DNA from: Balanoglossus misakiensis
Taxonomy: Eukaryota > Animalia > Hemichordata
Assembly: GCA_040954595.2 (NCBI GenBank)
Contig: CM082589.2
Location: 3,672,213 to 3,736,212, forward strand
DNA length: 64,000 nt
Reading direction: 5' to 3'
Shown here: in pieces, positions 12,901 to 26,100 of the stretch
Layout: each line of letters starts with the position of its first letter
Position numbering within the stretch: position 1 is the stretch's first letter
Made by a program: the position numbers and the translations under genes
The notes under the pieces: generated by a model
Database searches by the model: none
Told to the model about the DNA's origin: nothing
Seen by the model: the letters and a program-made list of their open reading frames with translations, nothing else

Positions 12901-13710
12901 AGAGATGGTAAAAAACTCAAAAGTTAAAAAAAAATCCTAATGCAAAATCAACTCACAGGAACTGTCCACCTTGGGAGAATCCCATAGCATTGTACCCATT
13001 CTTCAGTTGGGGGTCACTGGCTAACTGCTTGCAAACATCGGTTACTTGATCGTTGGCATTCATAAGAAATCCATTCAGGGTATCCTGTGGGGAAACGCAT
13101 GCACTGGTGTCACACACAAAAAGATAAGTTCTGTGATTTAAAATATTATACACGTCAAAAATCAATATGTAAACCATTTCTCACATTTTACTCAAGGCAA
13201 CTTCGGATAGTTTATGGAGGACCTATATTTCATACTTACAGAAAGGACGTTACTGCCGATCATTAAAGATTTCACATATACACCAGGCACCAGACTCTCA
13301 ACCATGCTTTTGATTGAACCCATACTGAGTGGGTTACAGCAACTATCACCTAAATAAAACACAATGAAAGATTATTATTTCCTAAAGAAGTATACTTTCT
13401 TATTGCCCGGTTTACATGCATACTGTGACACCTGTCTAAACTGAACCCTGTCTTATCTGGAAACCTGTCTATACTGAACCCATTTCCGGGTCCCTCCTAC
13501 ACAGAAACTGTACAATGATGGTATTGACAATACACTGTTCTATGTCCGAATGACTTTCAATTTATAGCACTCACCCATTCCATGCCAGAGAACTACCGGT
13601 AGCGACGCATTTGCAGCACTTTTTGCCGTGACCTCATGTACACCGACAAACACCACCACAAACAGAAACCCTGCCAATCGAAGAAGACCACCGTTGATTT
13701 TGCTCGCCAT
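9943..13710 (-). CDS. PPT1: Palmitoyl-protein thioesterase 1
   Basis: Exons 13710-13575, 13349-13240, 13084-12957, 12746-12676, 12453-12260, 12074-11976, 10303-10232, 10065-9943. Motifs: signal peptide, [19 protein letters not shown], nucleophile [25 protein letters not shown], catalytic Asp (EDTMV), WFGFY and catalytic His (GDHLQF). Confidence 0.97.
10473..11962. mobile_element. Non-autonomous Helentron/HINE-like element with internal ~220-310 bp tandem repeats, in a PPT1 intron
   Basis: Subterminal GGGCACAAGC (10498-10507) recurs in a perfect 13-bp hairpin TAGGGCACAAGCC-tgctt-GGCTTGTGCCCTA (11928-11958). Four internal repeat units start at ~10517, 10734, 10972, 11284. There is an A-run before the hairpin and no coding capacity. 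Confidence 0.6.
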
Positions 13711-13738
13711 CTTCGACAGTAACAACAAAACTGGTAGA

Positions 13739-13771
13739 TCATGTGACTCGTGTGAGCTGTTGTCAGGTGAC
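13739..13771. promoter_or_regulatory. M-box/CLEAR-like (MiT/TFE) motifs at the PPT1 promoter
   Basis: TCATGTGAC (13739-13747) and GTCAGGTGAC (13762-13771, one mismatch to GTCACGTGAC) lie 30-60 bp upstream of the ATG of a lysosomal hydrolase. Confidence 0.45.
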
Positions 13772-14112
13772 CTCTCGGACTATACTATTATTTGGATGGG
13801 GAGGGGCTGAACATCACCAGGCGGGTGGATCATGTCCATAAACGATGGGTATTGTTATAGACTTTCTCCAGGTTTATGACGCAAAAAATAACTTTCATTA
13901 GTAAATAAATTGATCAAAATTAGCTTGCGCGCGGCGGGACTGAATATGCCAGGCCGTTTGTAACGCTAGAGGGCGTGTAAAGGTGCCACCAGTCGCTCGG
14001 CCAGCAAGCCTAATTTACATATGGTCGCATAAGTCTTCCAATGATCGGTAGAATCTTATAATTCTTCCAAGTTTTCATTTAAAGAAAAGAACTGTCCACC
14101 AAGAAAAGAAAC

Positions 14113-14322
14113 GTGAAGAAAAGGACATAAATCTTAATCAGGTCACCGTGAACTGTGGCCAGCGTCGTTTCTGGCTATAAAACACGCTTATTTATGTTTT
14201 GGAGTCATTGAAACTTTTCTGAGTGAAGAAAAGGACATAAATCTTAATCAGATCGCCGTGTCAGCGTCGTTTCTGTCTATAAAACACGCTTAGGTTTAGG
14301 AGTCATTGAAACTTTTCTGAGT
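14113..14322. repeat. ~110-bp tandem duplication
   Basis: gtgaagaaaaggacataaatcttaatcag...ataaaacacgctta...ggagtcattgaaacttttctgagt occurs at 14113 and again at 14223. Confidence 0.85.
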
Positions 14323-16582
14323 CATCAACCGTAAATGCATTGTGGCCACGGAAAAACAAATGGAATTATTTTGTCCAGCATCACACCTCGAAAATAAGCA
14401 CTTTGTTACAAAAATCGAATGATTTGTAAGCTGTTTCTGAATCATCGAAACGGGAATAAAAAAGTGGTTATGTCGTTTGTGGCGCCGTCGCCGTCGCCGC
14501 GCAACCAGCCCGCGCCTGCTGTACACCCGCACAGCTGCTTTGTTCGCTGTGACGATTTGATACCGTAGCTGTTCCGGCCACATTTGCCTGCGACGGTTGG
14601 TCAGGCGTGCGTGATGTTTTCATTTACTCTGGCCGTCATTGTGAACTTATGAAAGAGAACAATGGAGACTATTGTCCTACATTACCCATGTGTATTTCAA
14701 GTTGTAAATCTTTATATTCTTTCGGTAAAATAACGAGCCCATCAGAACGGCTGTTCGAAGAAGTGACTATGTCTCTGTTTTTGTCGCGAAACACGCCTTA
14801 ATCATTACCAGACCTCATGGTTAACCATTGCGGGATGAAAATCTCCTCCGTCTGTCAGTATACTCTTATAATCCTTTGATTTGCAAATATTCGAGAAGAA
14901 AAGAAACACAAAAGGCGTCGTTTTAAGCTGCTCAAATGCACCCTGTCTTTACTGCACTTAAACGTGCACAGTTTCCGTTACCCGTACATTTTAAGAGTTA
15001 CGCAGAAGTTCTGATTGTACTTACGGGCGTCTCCGTGCAATCAGATTGCTCTCAGAACAATATGGCTATCACGGATGGTGGCGACCTATTTAACTTAGAT
15101 TTTCTAAGACAATCGAGAATGAATGAGAGATTTTTGTTTGGGTGAGTGCACTCTCGACTTCTGAGTGGAATTGGGCCATCCGTCCAACTTGCGCGCATCC
15201 ACATGCGCGTAAAAATCTTATAGAGATCCACATCAAATATATTTGATTTGGAGTGACCGTGGATTTACTTAGGCTTGCATATAACACTCTCATGACCAGG
15301 TACCCATCACTTAACACGCATAGTGCCCTTCCGGGTACCCGCCTTGACAGTCCCTGTGACGATTGAGAGCTAAACACACACAGATTGCAACTGTTGCCAT
15401 ATACACCAGGTACCCAGCACTCTTAGGTACCAGGTATAGAGCATGCATGGGAGATCTAATGTCTGGGCAGGACCATGGGGACCTGGTATACAAGTGTTTG
15501 CAATGTGTGTTTAGATCAAGCTAAGACAGAAGTCGAGAGTTGATAACAGTGATACAATCTGAGAAATACCAAAAGCCATAGCTTTCATTGCTGCTGGGTT
15601 TTACAATGAAAATGCAAAATCTCTCCTTCAATCGGCTTTTGAAAAGATGGTAGTCCCTAAACCTTTCAACTTTGCTATATGTAAGTGCGCAAGAAGTGTT
15701 CTTGAAGACGGAGAGGAATGTTTACAGTCTTGTTTTCATAAAATTAACCACATGTACTTTCATTTTTCTCCCAGAGAGTTAAACAGCGGGCGCAGCCATC
15801 TTGAATTTCAACTTTGAAAATAACTCTAGAGGGCGCCCAGTGGAACTATGCTTTTCGAACTGATGGTCGACTCTCGCAGAGTTCTGTCGAACCTTCGGCT
15901 TCGGTGTTTGTTACTGGTAGGAACTCCTCACACTCCAAATATCATTATTTCCAAAAATAAATACCATTTATATCTGTGCATAATTTAATCTAGCCACCGC
16001 ATCCTGGGAGTGGCTTCGCGGCCTATAACCAGAAAACATATCTACATGTACTTCATTAAAAATCATAACGAAAACCCATTGGGGAAACTATTTTGGTGTA
16101 AGCTCATTTCGTCAAAATGTCTTTGCATTATAAAATAGAAGACGAAATGAATACATGTAAATTGTATGTTGCTGTTGTTTTGTTGTTGTTGGTTTGCGTT
16201 GTTTGGATTGTCACAATAGTATACATGTGTTATAATTGTACTTGAAGTCTTCTTAACAAACATTTTAATTGATGTTTACGTTTTTGGTTGGGTCGTGCAT
16301 ATCGTTATTCTTTACAATATATATTATCTATAATATCAATTCGACTCTTTGTATCTATCCTGTACACAGCTCACTTTTCTGTATCTTTGGTGCTCAAATG
16401 TCGCTCAAAATGTCTACAAAATATTGAAATGGAACTAAGAGAGTATCCAAACTATAGAAAAACAGGATTACTTGTTCAAAATAACAATTACTGCACACTG
16501 TCGTATACACACTGTCCCTTTGAGGAACGATGTACACTGGTAGCCACTAGCGGTCACAACTGACCGTCGTCATCATCGCCGC

Positions 16583-16812
16583 CATGTTGTTATTTTTGAG
16601 ACAAAAATAATCCTGCACTTTAGACTAATTTTTATAGGCTTATTCACAGTCAGCCATCAGGTGGCTCGGCAAGACCCGCTTTCTTGGCAAGTGCACCCAA
16701 CCGGTTATTCCTCCACAGCCGCCACGTTATCGACGGATTATAATATTTAATCATCGAGAAGTTGATGGTACCGCGATGCAGGGAGGTCATTTGTCTCAAA
16801 ATAAAACATCGT
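16583..16812. mobile_element. Degenerate MITE-like element
   Basis: Imperfect inverted repeats: atgttgttatttttgagacaaa...cctgca versus tgcaggg...tttgtctcaaaataaaacat. Confidence 0.4.
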
Positions 16813-17106
16813 TGCCAGGTTGCGAGGAAATTTGCGACACTATTGTTTCAACGCACACAAAAATGAAAGTGCATACCCGTCCATAGAATCAAATCAATAA
16901 TTAATTGTTCTTACTGATCATGACAAACGAAATCAGGCCCATCACGGTTTTGGCTCAAACAATAATTAAAACTTTTCATTTGCAACTGTGTGTTGCTTTC
17001 GATCATAAAATATCAGATTCGACATGACATGAATGACGTTCGACAAAACTTGGAGTGAAAATTACTTGTTCGTCAAGTGTCATTTCTATTGGAAGAAATG
17101 GTACAT

Positions 17107-17196
17107 TCCATCCATCCATCCATCCATCCATCCATCCATCCATCCATCCATCCATCCATCCATCCATCCATCCATACATACATACATACATACATA
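17107..17196. repeat. (TCCA)n(TACA)n compound microsatellite
   Basis: Directly visible. It explains the spurious PSIH/MDGW ORFs. Confidence 0.95.
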
Positions 17197-20100
17197 GAAT
17201 TTAGTTTCATTTGTTGCGTATTTTTGGATTTCGAATTTCGATTTCGTGTTACTATTTTGTCGACAAATAATACAAAAGATAAGGGGATAAAACATCTCTC
17301 CCTAATTTAAAAATGGTGCTATTTTGGTACCATGGATGGAGCAACGTATGGCTGCTAGCTATACATATCCCTGGGCGAGGAACGGGTCGAGAGATCCCAT
17401 TGTAAGCGCGGATAACGGTGCTTTTTGCGTTTATACGGGAGCCACGCTGTCTTGCTTACCGCTAAGTCTCTTTTGGTTACATCTTGTCTCCAACACATTT
17501 ATCAGCTTCCCGCCATAAACTTTACATATGGCACTTCTTCATTTGAAAAATCAGTTTTATTTGCGTCTTTGTCATTTGCGTTACGTTTCGTTGAATATTA
17601 CCCTGTTGAGTATTTGATGAAATTCGATCATTTTGCATTTTTTAATTATGAGAATCAACTTCACAAGCTACGTTCGCTAAACACGTGCCTTTGGTTCTGT
17701 TCGAAGACCGGCATAAGAAAGGCGGATAAATAATCAAGCATTTAGTATTTGCATTCATAATTATGAATTTTGGTCACGAGCGGTAGATTTTAAAATTAGA
17801 ATTCAATATATTAAAAATATATGGTTGAGTGTAGTTTCAGATGTCTACATTGTATCGATTCTGTGCTTGATAAAATGTCAAACGCCAAATTTATACTTTC
17901 TATGTCCATATTAAAATAAATTTTGTTCAAATCAAAAGAACAAAATCGAGTAAATAGGACCTGTTGATATATTTATTCATGCGTCATGAGTGTCGAGGCA
18001 AAATATTCGGGAACGCTACGTAGAGTATCGGAATCTATTTATGTCCTTGCAGTAACGATTGCGCTGTTGCATTCGTTGGGCTGAAGCGGTGACTAAACGA
18101 AAAAAAGACGGCGTGGCGGTTATTGCCCGGTTATTTGGATTCGATTCCAGAAAACATCGAATTTCCAAACGTTCTCCGATTACCTGTTAAGTTTATCATA
18201 GATGAACTTGACGAAGACGGGGTGGGGGGGGGTGGGGGGTTCAGCATGCACAACGACACACAGAAGAACACCGAACCTCGTGGGAGTTGCGTTGTCTGTC
18301 AAACCATGGACGTACCACAGACAACCATGGAGCATAAAGTGCATGAAGGGACTATGCATGACAAACCGCCCGTCCGTCAAACGTCAGACGTTACGTAAGA
18401 AGCATTCTCAAAGACGAGAGCTTCGAGAGGCGACTTCAAATCCGGCGCATGCTTTTCGGATGTCAAAAGTGGCCCGTTCGTGTGAAAAATAAACTTTCTC
18501 GTCCGGCGCACAACGGCTTCGGTGACGCCTTTTGTTTAGGAATTAAAGCCCTGATCCCATTAATCAGAAGCAACAACGGTGGTGAGCAGGACCGAGACGG
18601 CAACCAAGGAACCAGCACGCGACTATTTACGTCGCCGTCTCCGCTATTTCTCCAACGTCACAGCTAATCCCACTCCTGACTATAAAAGAGGCACATTTCG
18701 TTGTTTTGCGCCTATTGTCATGCGACGTCTGACACGCGTATCCCTGCAGAGAGCGCAAGGCTTCACTCATTGACAGTAATTGTTTACCAGCACGTTAATT
18801 TTCTATAAGTCACGGCCAGACCCACAAGAAAAGTCCCGTGTGCATTGTTTTGACATTAATACACCCATTCTTTGGTTATGACTGAATGACAGTCTTTGGA
18901 TAAATCTGTTGATCCTCTTGATGTTTCTGAATAAAGAGTTCGTCTTTGTCCGTTGTCTGAGACAATCATAGTCCCTCCGTCTCTACACTGTCTATATATA
19001 CAGCAAAACTTTCCTACCGAACAGTTTACTCAGGAGGATTCCTATCAGAATTCACTGTTTGAATGCAGTTATTTGAGCAGCTGAATGAAACCATGGGGAC
19101 AAATGTTACATGTCCAAACTTTATACAGAAATCCATCATACATATACTGCATCCACTGTTTACATTGTCTTGGTTATTTTCATTTCTGTGAGAACTTGAT
19201 TTTGTCATTTCCCTCACCGAAGTAGACTGATTCAATTTTTCGGTCTTCGCTTGGTTATTACAACGGCTGTATTCATAGTGTAAAACATGCGCGCAGGGGA
19301 AACGATTTCTGTTCTAAAACAGTATGGAGGACCTAACAGCTATCCGCAATGCACAGGTGATGATGAAGATGTGAACTTGAGCTGTTGGGACTTTATAGTT
19401 CTAGGGTGTCGTTTGCAATCTGCCCTTAGCATAGAGAAATGCATCGTGGAAGAAGAGTTGGGAATGTTGTCAGTCTGCCCGTTCACCGTTCATAAACACC
19501 GCAAAGCACAACACATCACAACGCAGCACAACACAATATAGTATATACAACACAACAGAGTATAATTTTCGGTGCAAGCTATTGAAAAAAAGCCCAGTCT
19601 AATGCTAACAATGTTTTATCCTTAGATGTCACATTCAATCAGATTTACCGTCGTTAATCACACAAGTTTGACGTCATTTATTAAATAACGTATTTCCTAG
19701 CATGTGATTTCCTGGGTATTCATGTCCATATTGCTACTTGGAGACCGTTATATCAATTTGTGGAGCCGCCAGAGATGCTATGCCTTTTAACATGGCATCC
19801 AGACAAACAGCCAATTAAAAACCAGTTGTGATAATCTCCTAATTCTTCTTTTTAAGTGCTTCGTTTCCGATGTAGAACGCACGACAATTCCGTCAAAGCG
19901 GATGAGCCGTATTATTAACGCTACAATGAATCATGTGCCATGAAAAGTTCGGTGGTGAAGTTTTCCGTATTTTGTACAAAACAGTGAGAGTTCACCATAT
20001 AAAAATGAACTGTCCCAGTCGTAATAATACTTGCGGCAGTCGGATTTTGTCTTGTGCCGACAACATTCCTTATCAAGACCTCGCTAACTCTTGTGGTCTG

Positions 20101-23100
20101 CCCGTGTGACGGACTATACTCCCAGATCGGCTTTAAAGATTTAAAGATTGCTTTCAAAAATATTGTTTACCCCTGATGGAGTGAGAGTGATGTGCTCCAC
20201 AAACCGGCGATTAGTATCCTGGGAAATGCAATTATCAATTAAATACTTTTCAATTCCTGAAAAAAAAGATTTCTCTTCTTTTTAGGTCGAATGCGTTTGA
20301 AAGTCAAGTCGATTAAAATGAAACTTACACAAAGGGGACTTAAAGTGGCATGAAATTGTTCGCATTGTTTTGACACCCAACAGAAGCGCTGACTCAATTT
20401 CGGTGCTTGTTAAATGTTTTCGGTATTTCCGTGAGAACAAAACGTAACTGTAAATTCTCATGACGAAAATGTGCGTCAATTGGATTAAGACATTTGTACG
20501 ATAACACAAAGGTTGTTAAATGGTTTCCCTACCAAAGCAAAACATAAACTAATTTCCAAGAGTTTGTACCGATGATGCTCAAAATGACACTAAGTATGTA
20601 GATTGCCATTCACCGTTTCAATTTAATCAAATGTATTAAACGATGTATTTCCTTGACGTGCAAGTGTAGGTAATTTTATTCCATTATCTCTTCTCCTTTG
20701 GAGAGAACTCTCTTTTAGCAGGTGCACCGTTTCTCACCGACACCGGTGTCCGCCCTCGCCAAAGTGCGTTACGTCACAGTCTCTTCATTTACGAGAAAGC
20801 GAAGGACGACTTGGGCCGGCCATGTCTTTTTCATCGAAAAGCTTCGCTCACGCGCACGATAGGAATACATAATGTTAGTTTTAAAAAACAGCTCTTTTAC
20901 TCTCTGTCTGCTCGTCTGTCTGCCTGTCGCTATCTCATTGTCTGTCTTTCTAAGGATTTTGTCGAGTAAACTACTGCATGAACAGAAAATCCTGCCAACG
21001 CCTTACAATGCATCCATAATTGAGAACCTCGATAAAATGTATTAGATAATAGAACAATTGTGAATCCACATCGGTCAACATTTGCATCATTTAACGTGGC
21101 AAAGAAGTCTACATTTTATAATTTATGAATGACCACATTGGCCGATAATTTTCATTACGCAATGTTTATACGCAGTAACACCAAAGAGCATAGATATGAT
21201 GGTACAGGTATGCAAGCTACTGTAATCGCGAATTAACGTGCCCATCCATATTGCAGTTATAGAGTCCATACTAAACACTCACAGTGTGACAAGGCTACTT
21301 TGATACAAGACTAGTCCAAAGATGACCAAGATGTTCCTTCGCATTATTGCAGATTTGGAACAGTTTAGACAGTTGCAGCTACGATCAGATAGATGAACTA
21401 GAGGCTGATGGGAAATCCAGAACACATCAATGTTCACACGAAACAAAAATAGCAAAATAATTTCGGCGACCGGCGGCTTATCCCCGTTCATTATGGTTCG
21501 ACAGATTAAAGGCATGGATCCATACCCAAGTTGGTGTCGTACACGAAAGTCCACAAAACACACAAAAGATGAAAGCGATCCCTCCCTCGCCACATCACCC
21601 CCTCATACCATCCAAAATACATCACGGTTGCATGGCATTGTGTTATTACAAATGCTTATTATTAGAATAAATAATTGGGCAGGTACCCTCTTGTTTTATA
21701 CAGGCAAGAACCACCGCTGTTGACAGAACTAGCCCCACTGTGACGGTAAATAATGGTGTCACGAACGCTATTACATTGTACCACAAATAATAAAGATATT
21801 ATGGCAACGGGTGTCAGGAACGTGAATGCAACTACATCAATAGTTAAATTTATGTTGTCAATTAAAAATCCCCGGCTAAGATTTTAGCCTCTTATTTTGA
21901 GTGTATTTTCCGTTCGTTCGATGTTGTTGTGGACACATATTGTAATGTTTGCTTTTGGAAATAATATTAATTATTAATGATTGTTTTTCCAGACCCACAA
22001 AGAAACAGAAAAATGCGAAAAAAAAGTATTAATTCACTTTTAGTTTGACCGGGTAAATATCATTTTGCCTCATCTTGATTACAACATTCGTGTACTTTAT
22101 CATCCGGTTTTACTTCTATGAGAAAATGTTGTGCATGCGTGTTGCTTTTCGGGTGGTACTGGGAGAGAGAGAGAGAGTGTCTTGGCCAGAAAATTGCTAC
22201 TCGGGGCCTGGGCTGGTACCTGTCAATAGAACAGCGCATGCGTGTATCCAACTGTAAGCACACACGTACACGTACATGTTCGCAGTGGTTGAAACCACCC
22301 ACAAGTTCACCGGGGCCTATTTTCTATAATTACCAAAAGAACACACTCATAGCTTGGGCGGGCATGTTAACTTTGTAACACCACTGGCGAAATAGGCGAC
22401 AAAATGCACTATGTTTAAGAACGTGCGGTTCAAAAGGACAAGAGCAAACAATACGTCAAGAGTGTTATTATACTTACAAGAAACCCAACACTCAGACACC
22501 GTGCAAAGTTCGAGTAGCCCTACTTAAAAGTGAAAGGAGATAGCCCTCCACGATAAGTGGGAACCTCTTAGAACTCTTAACTCTCGCCAAATTTACGAAA
22601 CTAAGTACATGTATGTCTAAATTTGATTAGTCTTTTCAACGTTATGACTTGTGTTTATATTGTTCGTTTCATTTTGTGTCGGTGAGTCTGAGTGGGATTT
22701 TGGTCTGCAGCTCTTTCGTATTTCGCTTTTCTTATCCACGCAAGTTTCGCGTTTGAAACTCCATTAGCTGCAACTTTCTGCTATTTTTAATATTTTTGTT
22801 TTTGTATCGGTAAGGTTTTCTTTTCAAATTCATATTTGAACACCATAGGCAACGTGGGTCCCTCTAACAAAAAAGTTTCACATTTCCACACAACTTTTTT
22901 TTTACTTTTTGAGAAAAAAGTAAAAAATCCCGAACCAAATTCAACCGACGTTTATGTTAACAATGGTTACTTTATTGTCAAATAAAGTATTCGTTCACGT
23001 GTGAAAATGTGACATAATTCTCTTAACGCCAATTAAGCCAAGATAAATTAGTTTGAAGTTTGAGAAAAATAGTTGGGGAAAATACCCAGCATTGCGAAAT

Positions 23101-26100
23101 TTGCATAACAAAGAATCATTAATGGCGCCACATAGATCTGTCAATATTTCATTAAAAAGGGAGATTTTTGATGGTCGGTCAGGTATTTTAGTATGAGAAA
23201 AGCTAACTTGTTTGAAAGCGCGAAAGTTGGCAAAAAATCGCTGGTATGGCCGCCTTGGACTGACGTGTGACGGTCAAAAGAATTCAAAGTGACGTTTTGT
23301 GGGAAACACATTGACAAATACACACGACGTCTGCCTATGGACTTTAATTAGACGGTCGAAATATTGTCAGCGGTGTGTCGAGTCACCGTTCCCACCCTGC
23401 TCCGTCCGAGCGGTATTTTTGTGCAAATGACGTCAGAGCATTATCATCGTGTCGAAGACGCTGGTAGGTTTAGGAAAGACCGGCCGACAATGCTTGGTTT
23501 CAGTGAAATGATTATTTTAACACAACCTGCATCCACTGTGCATCATCCAAAGAGGTTAATGTAATACAATGTCCAATGGTGGTTCAGAGGTTCATTCCAG
23601 TGTCCATTTCAAAAGAAAAAGTAAAAGATGATAAAAAATAAACACTCTTTAAAGGGACACTTCCAACCAACGGATCTCACTTTTTGCTTGTTTGCACAGC
23701 CTGTAAATGTGTAATGACCGTTGTGATTGGTTTATATATGAATCCACGTCCCGACTTGGACCAATGATGATTACGCGCACATTAGCTGTGTTGAAAAGCG
23801 GAACACTCGTCATCTTTAGCTGAAGCAAGAAGCTCTATAGTCAGTATACAAAACATGAGACTGACAAAATAACAGTGATAAGTTACGGTCGATGGCCAAA
23901 AATGCCAAATCTATAGTGTTTGTAATTAAAAGCTAGGAACACTAGTATCTGAAAGCGGCGCATTGGACGACATTTTTGAATTGGTCAGAAGTTTGTAATT
24001 GCATGTTGAACGCATAAATGTTTACGTGGCTGTAATTGGCTGTTTCAGCACCGCGGCAATAGTTGCGCGTGGATGACACGCGCGCGTTCTTTGATGCGGG
24101 AATGTCCCCCGCCACCGTGACCTTGTACCACACAATGTTGGATTTTGTTGACTTTCGCCATAACGGTAGGGGCAGCTTGTCTCACAATAGTGTTAAGCGC
24201 GACATGTTTACGACCATGATGTTTGTTGTCATGCGGGGCAGGCATTGCTGTTGTGGGCGAGTTCTGTCACCCAAACGGTGATCAGACAACAATAGATGCC
24301 CACCTTATGATTATTCCTCTCGCATACGGGCCCGATTATAAAAATAATTGACTCAAAATATGTTTTGAAACAAATAAAAATGTTGATCACCCACTTGGGA
24401 ATCCTGAACTGACAAGTCAGATATTAATACAAAGGGGGAAAAACTATAAAATTCATGCAAGCGGCAGAATCTGATTTTTCTTTTACTTCCTTGAAATTTG
24501 AATATAGCATCAAATTATTATGGTTTCTTTCTTGTACCTGGCAATACTATAGGAACTGGGTTAAAGGGTTTTAGTATCCCCTCCCTCAAAGAATATGTCT
24601 CTGCAGGGATCATGCGCCTTGCCGGACCGATTGAACGTACAGGTATCTCAGGATCACATCAACCCCACACTCTGTCTTTCAAAAAATCTAAGTTTCAAAC
24701 TTGTCTAATAAAGTTTTAGACAGACAGACAGACAAACAAACAGACAGACAGACAAAATTTGGTGACGTCATCGCGGAAATGTCATCGATGCAGCCTTACC
24801 ATTTTTTTTTAATTTTCAGTGCAATTATGTTCATATAAAGTTTCAGAGAAAGACAAATATTGCACCAAAATGTTGACTTTGTCTCTTTTTGTCTCTGTCG
24901 TCACCAAATTTCAAATAAAGATAAACTCGGCCATATTCTCGCTTTTCAGAGAGAACAACTACGAACAAAAAGCAGAGTGGGTAATGAATATTTATAGAGT
25001 GGTCGTCACGTGACCGCCATATTAGGCGTTCACACATGATTGCGTGGATCCCAGTAATCACCCGGTCGGCTAAGAATTATTTTATGGAGCGGCGTCGCAC
25101 GCAACTTGTTGCCATGGCGTCGACTCCATCACTTTTATCGCCAAATTAAAAGGGGACACACCATTTTGATTTGGAAAATGAGATTTCTGCAACAATGCTG
25201 CAGATTGACGCGTGCCATTATGAACGTTGCAATGCTATGCCACTATGATCTTTTGAGTCTATTAAAGAAACTAATGAACCCATTCGAATATATTTTCAGA
25301 AAAGAAAAGATAACCCATTACCTTTGTCAATTGTTTGCTAGATTCAATTTCTTTTTTTAAATGACCGTTTTTGAAACGCATAATTCACAGTGCTGTTCAT
25401 TAGCTTCACAAGAAAAAAAATGCAATGTGTGCTGTGCGTTCAATAAATGTTGATATTAACTTTTTGAGCTTCTGCAAATATTCACCTAACTCGGCAGAGA
25501 AATAAGGCACCACTTTCGACAGGTCTGGGAATGTCACCTCTGGAGAAAATACGGGCAAACGCTGAGCTAACAAGATCTAAGTCAAATCAAAGACACGCAA
25601 ACACGCGTTGATTCGTTTCACGCTGATGTGAAGTCAGTCCGCGCGTCCAACGTCAGACGTCCAAGATTCTCTCCATTGTTTTCACCCGGACCAGTTATCT
25701 TAAACCCCGCCCCGCGCGCATTGCAGAAACACGGCAAAACAATCGTCGACATTGAGTAGATTGTTTAAAGAGCAACGGCTAATTAGCAGTTTTGAAATGT
25801 AATTAAATTATCGCCGATGTTTGTGTCAACAGGGAAGGGGGTCCGTGTACAGACCCGGGAGTGATGCTAAGTACAGTGGGAAACTGGTGGTGGAAGCGTT
25901 TCTCGTCAAGCAATTAATCAACCCCGGCGAACTCTATTAAAGTTTCCGTCTGGTTGATCACCCTTTCAGTGGACACGCGCCAGGCACCCTCCCCTTTGTT
26001 GCCACTTTTGGCGATGGAACCGCTCTGTGGTCGTCTCAACGATTCGACACAAATCGACCACAAGTTAGACAAAATACACTAAAACACGTCAATTTCTCAC

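Noticed and set aside
5560-15830. Shared motif cataaaattaac...gccat(a/c)ttgaatttca at ~5620 and ~15740
   Set aside because: Probably fragments of a common interspersed repeat; the ends and family cannot be defined here.
17003-17310. ORFs with MDGW/PSIH repeats
   Set aside because: They are translations of the (TCCA)n microsatellite.
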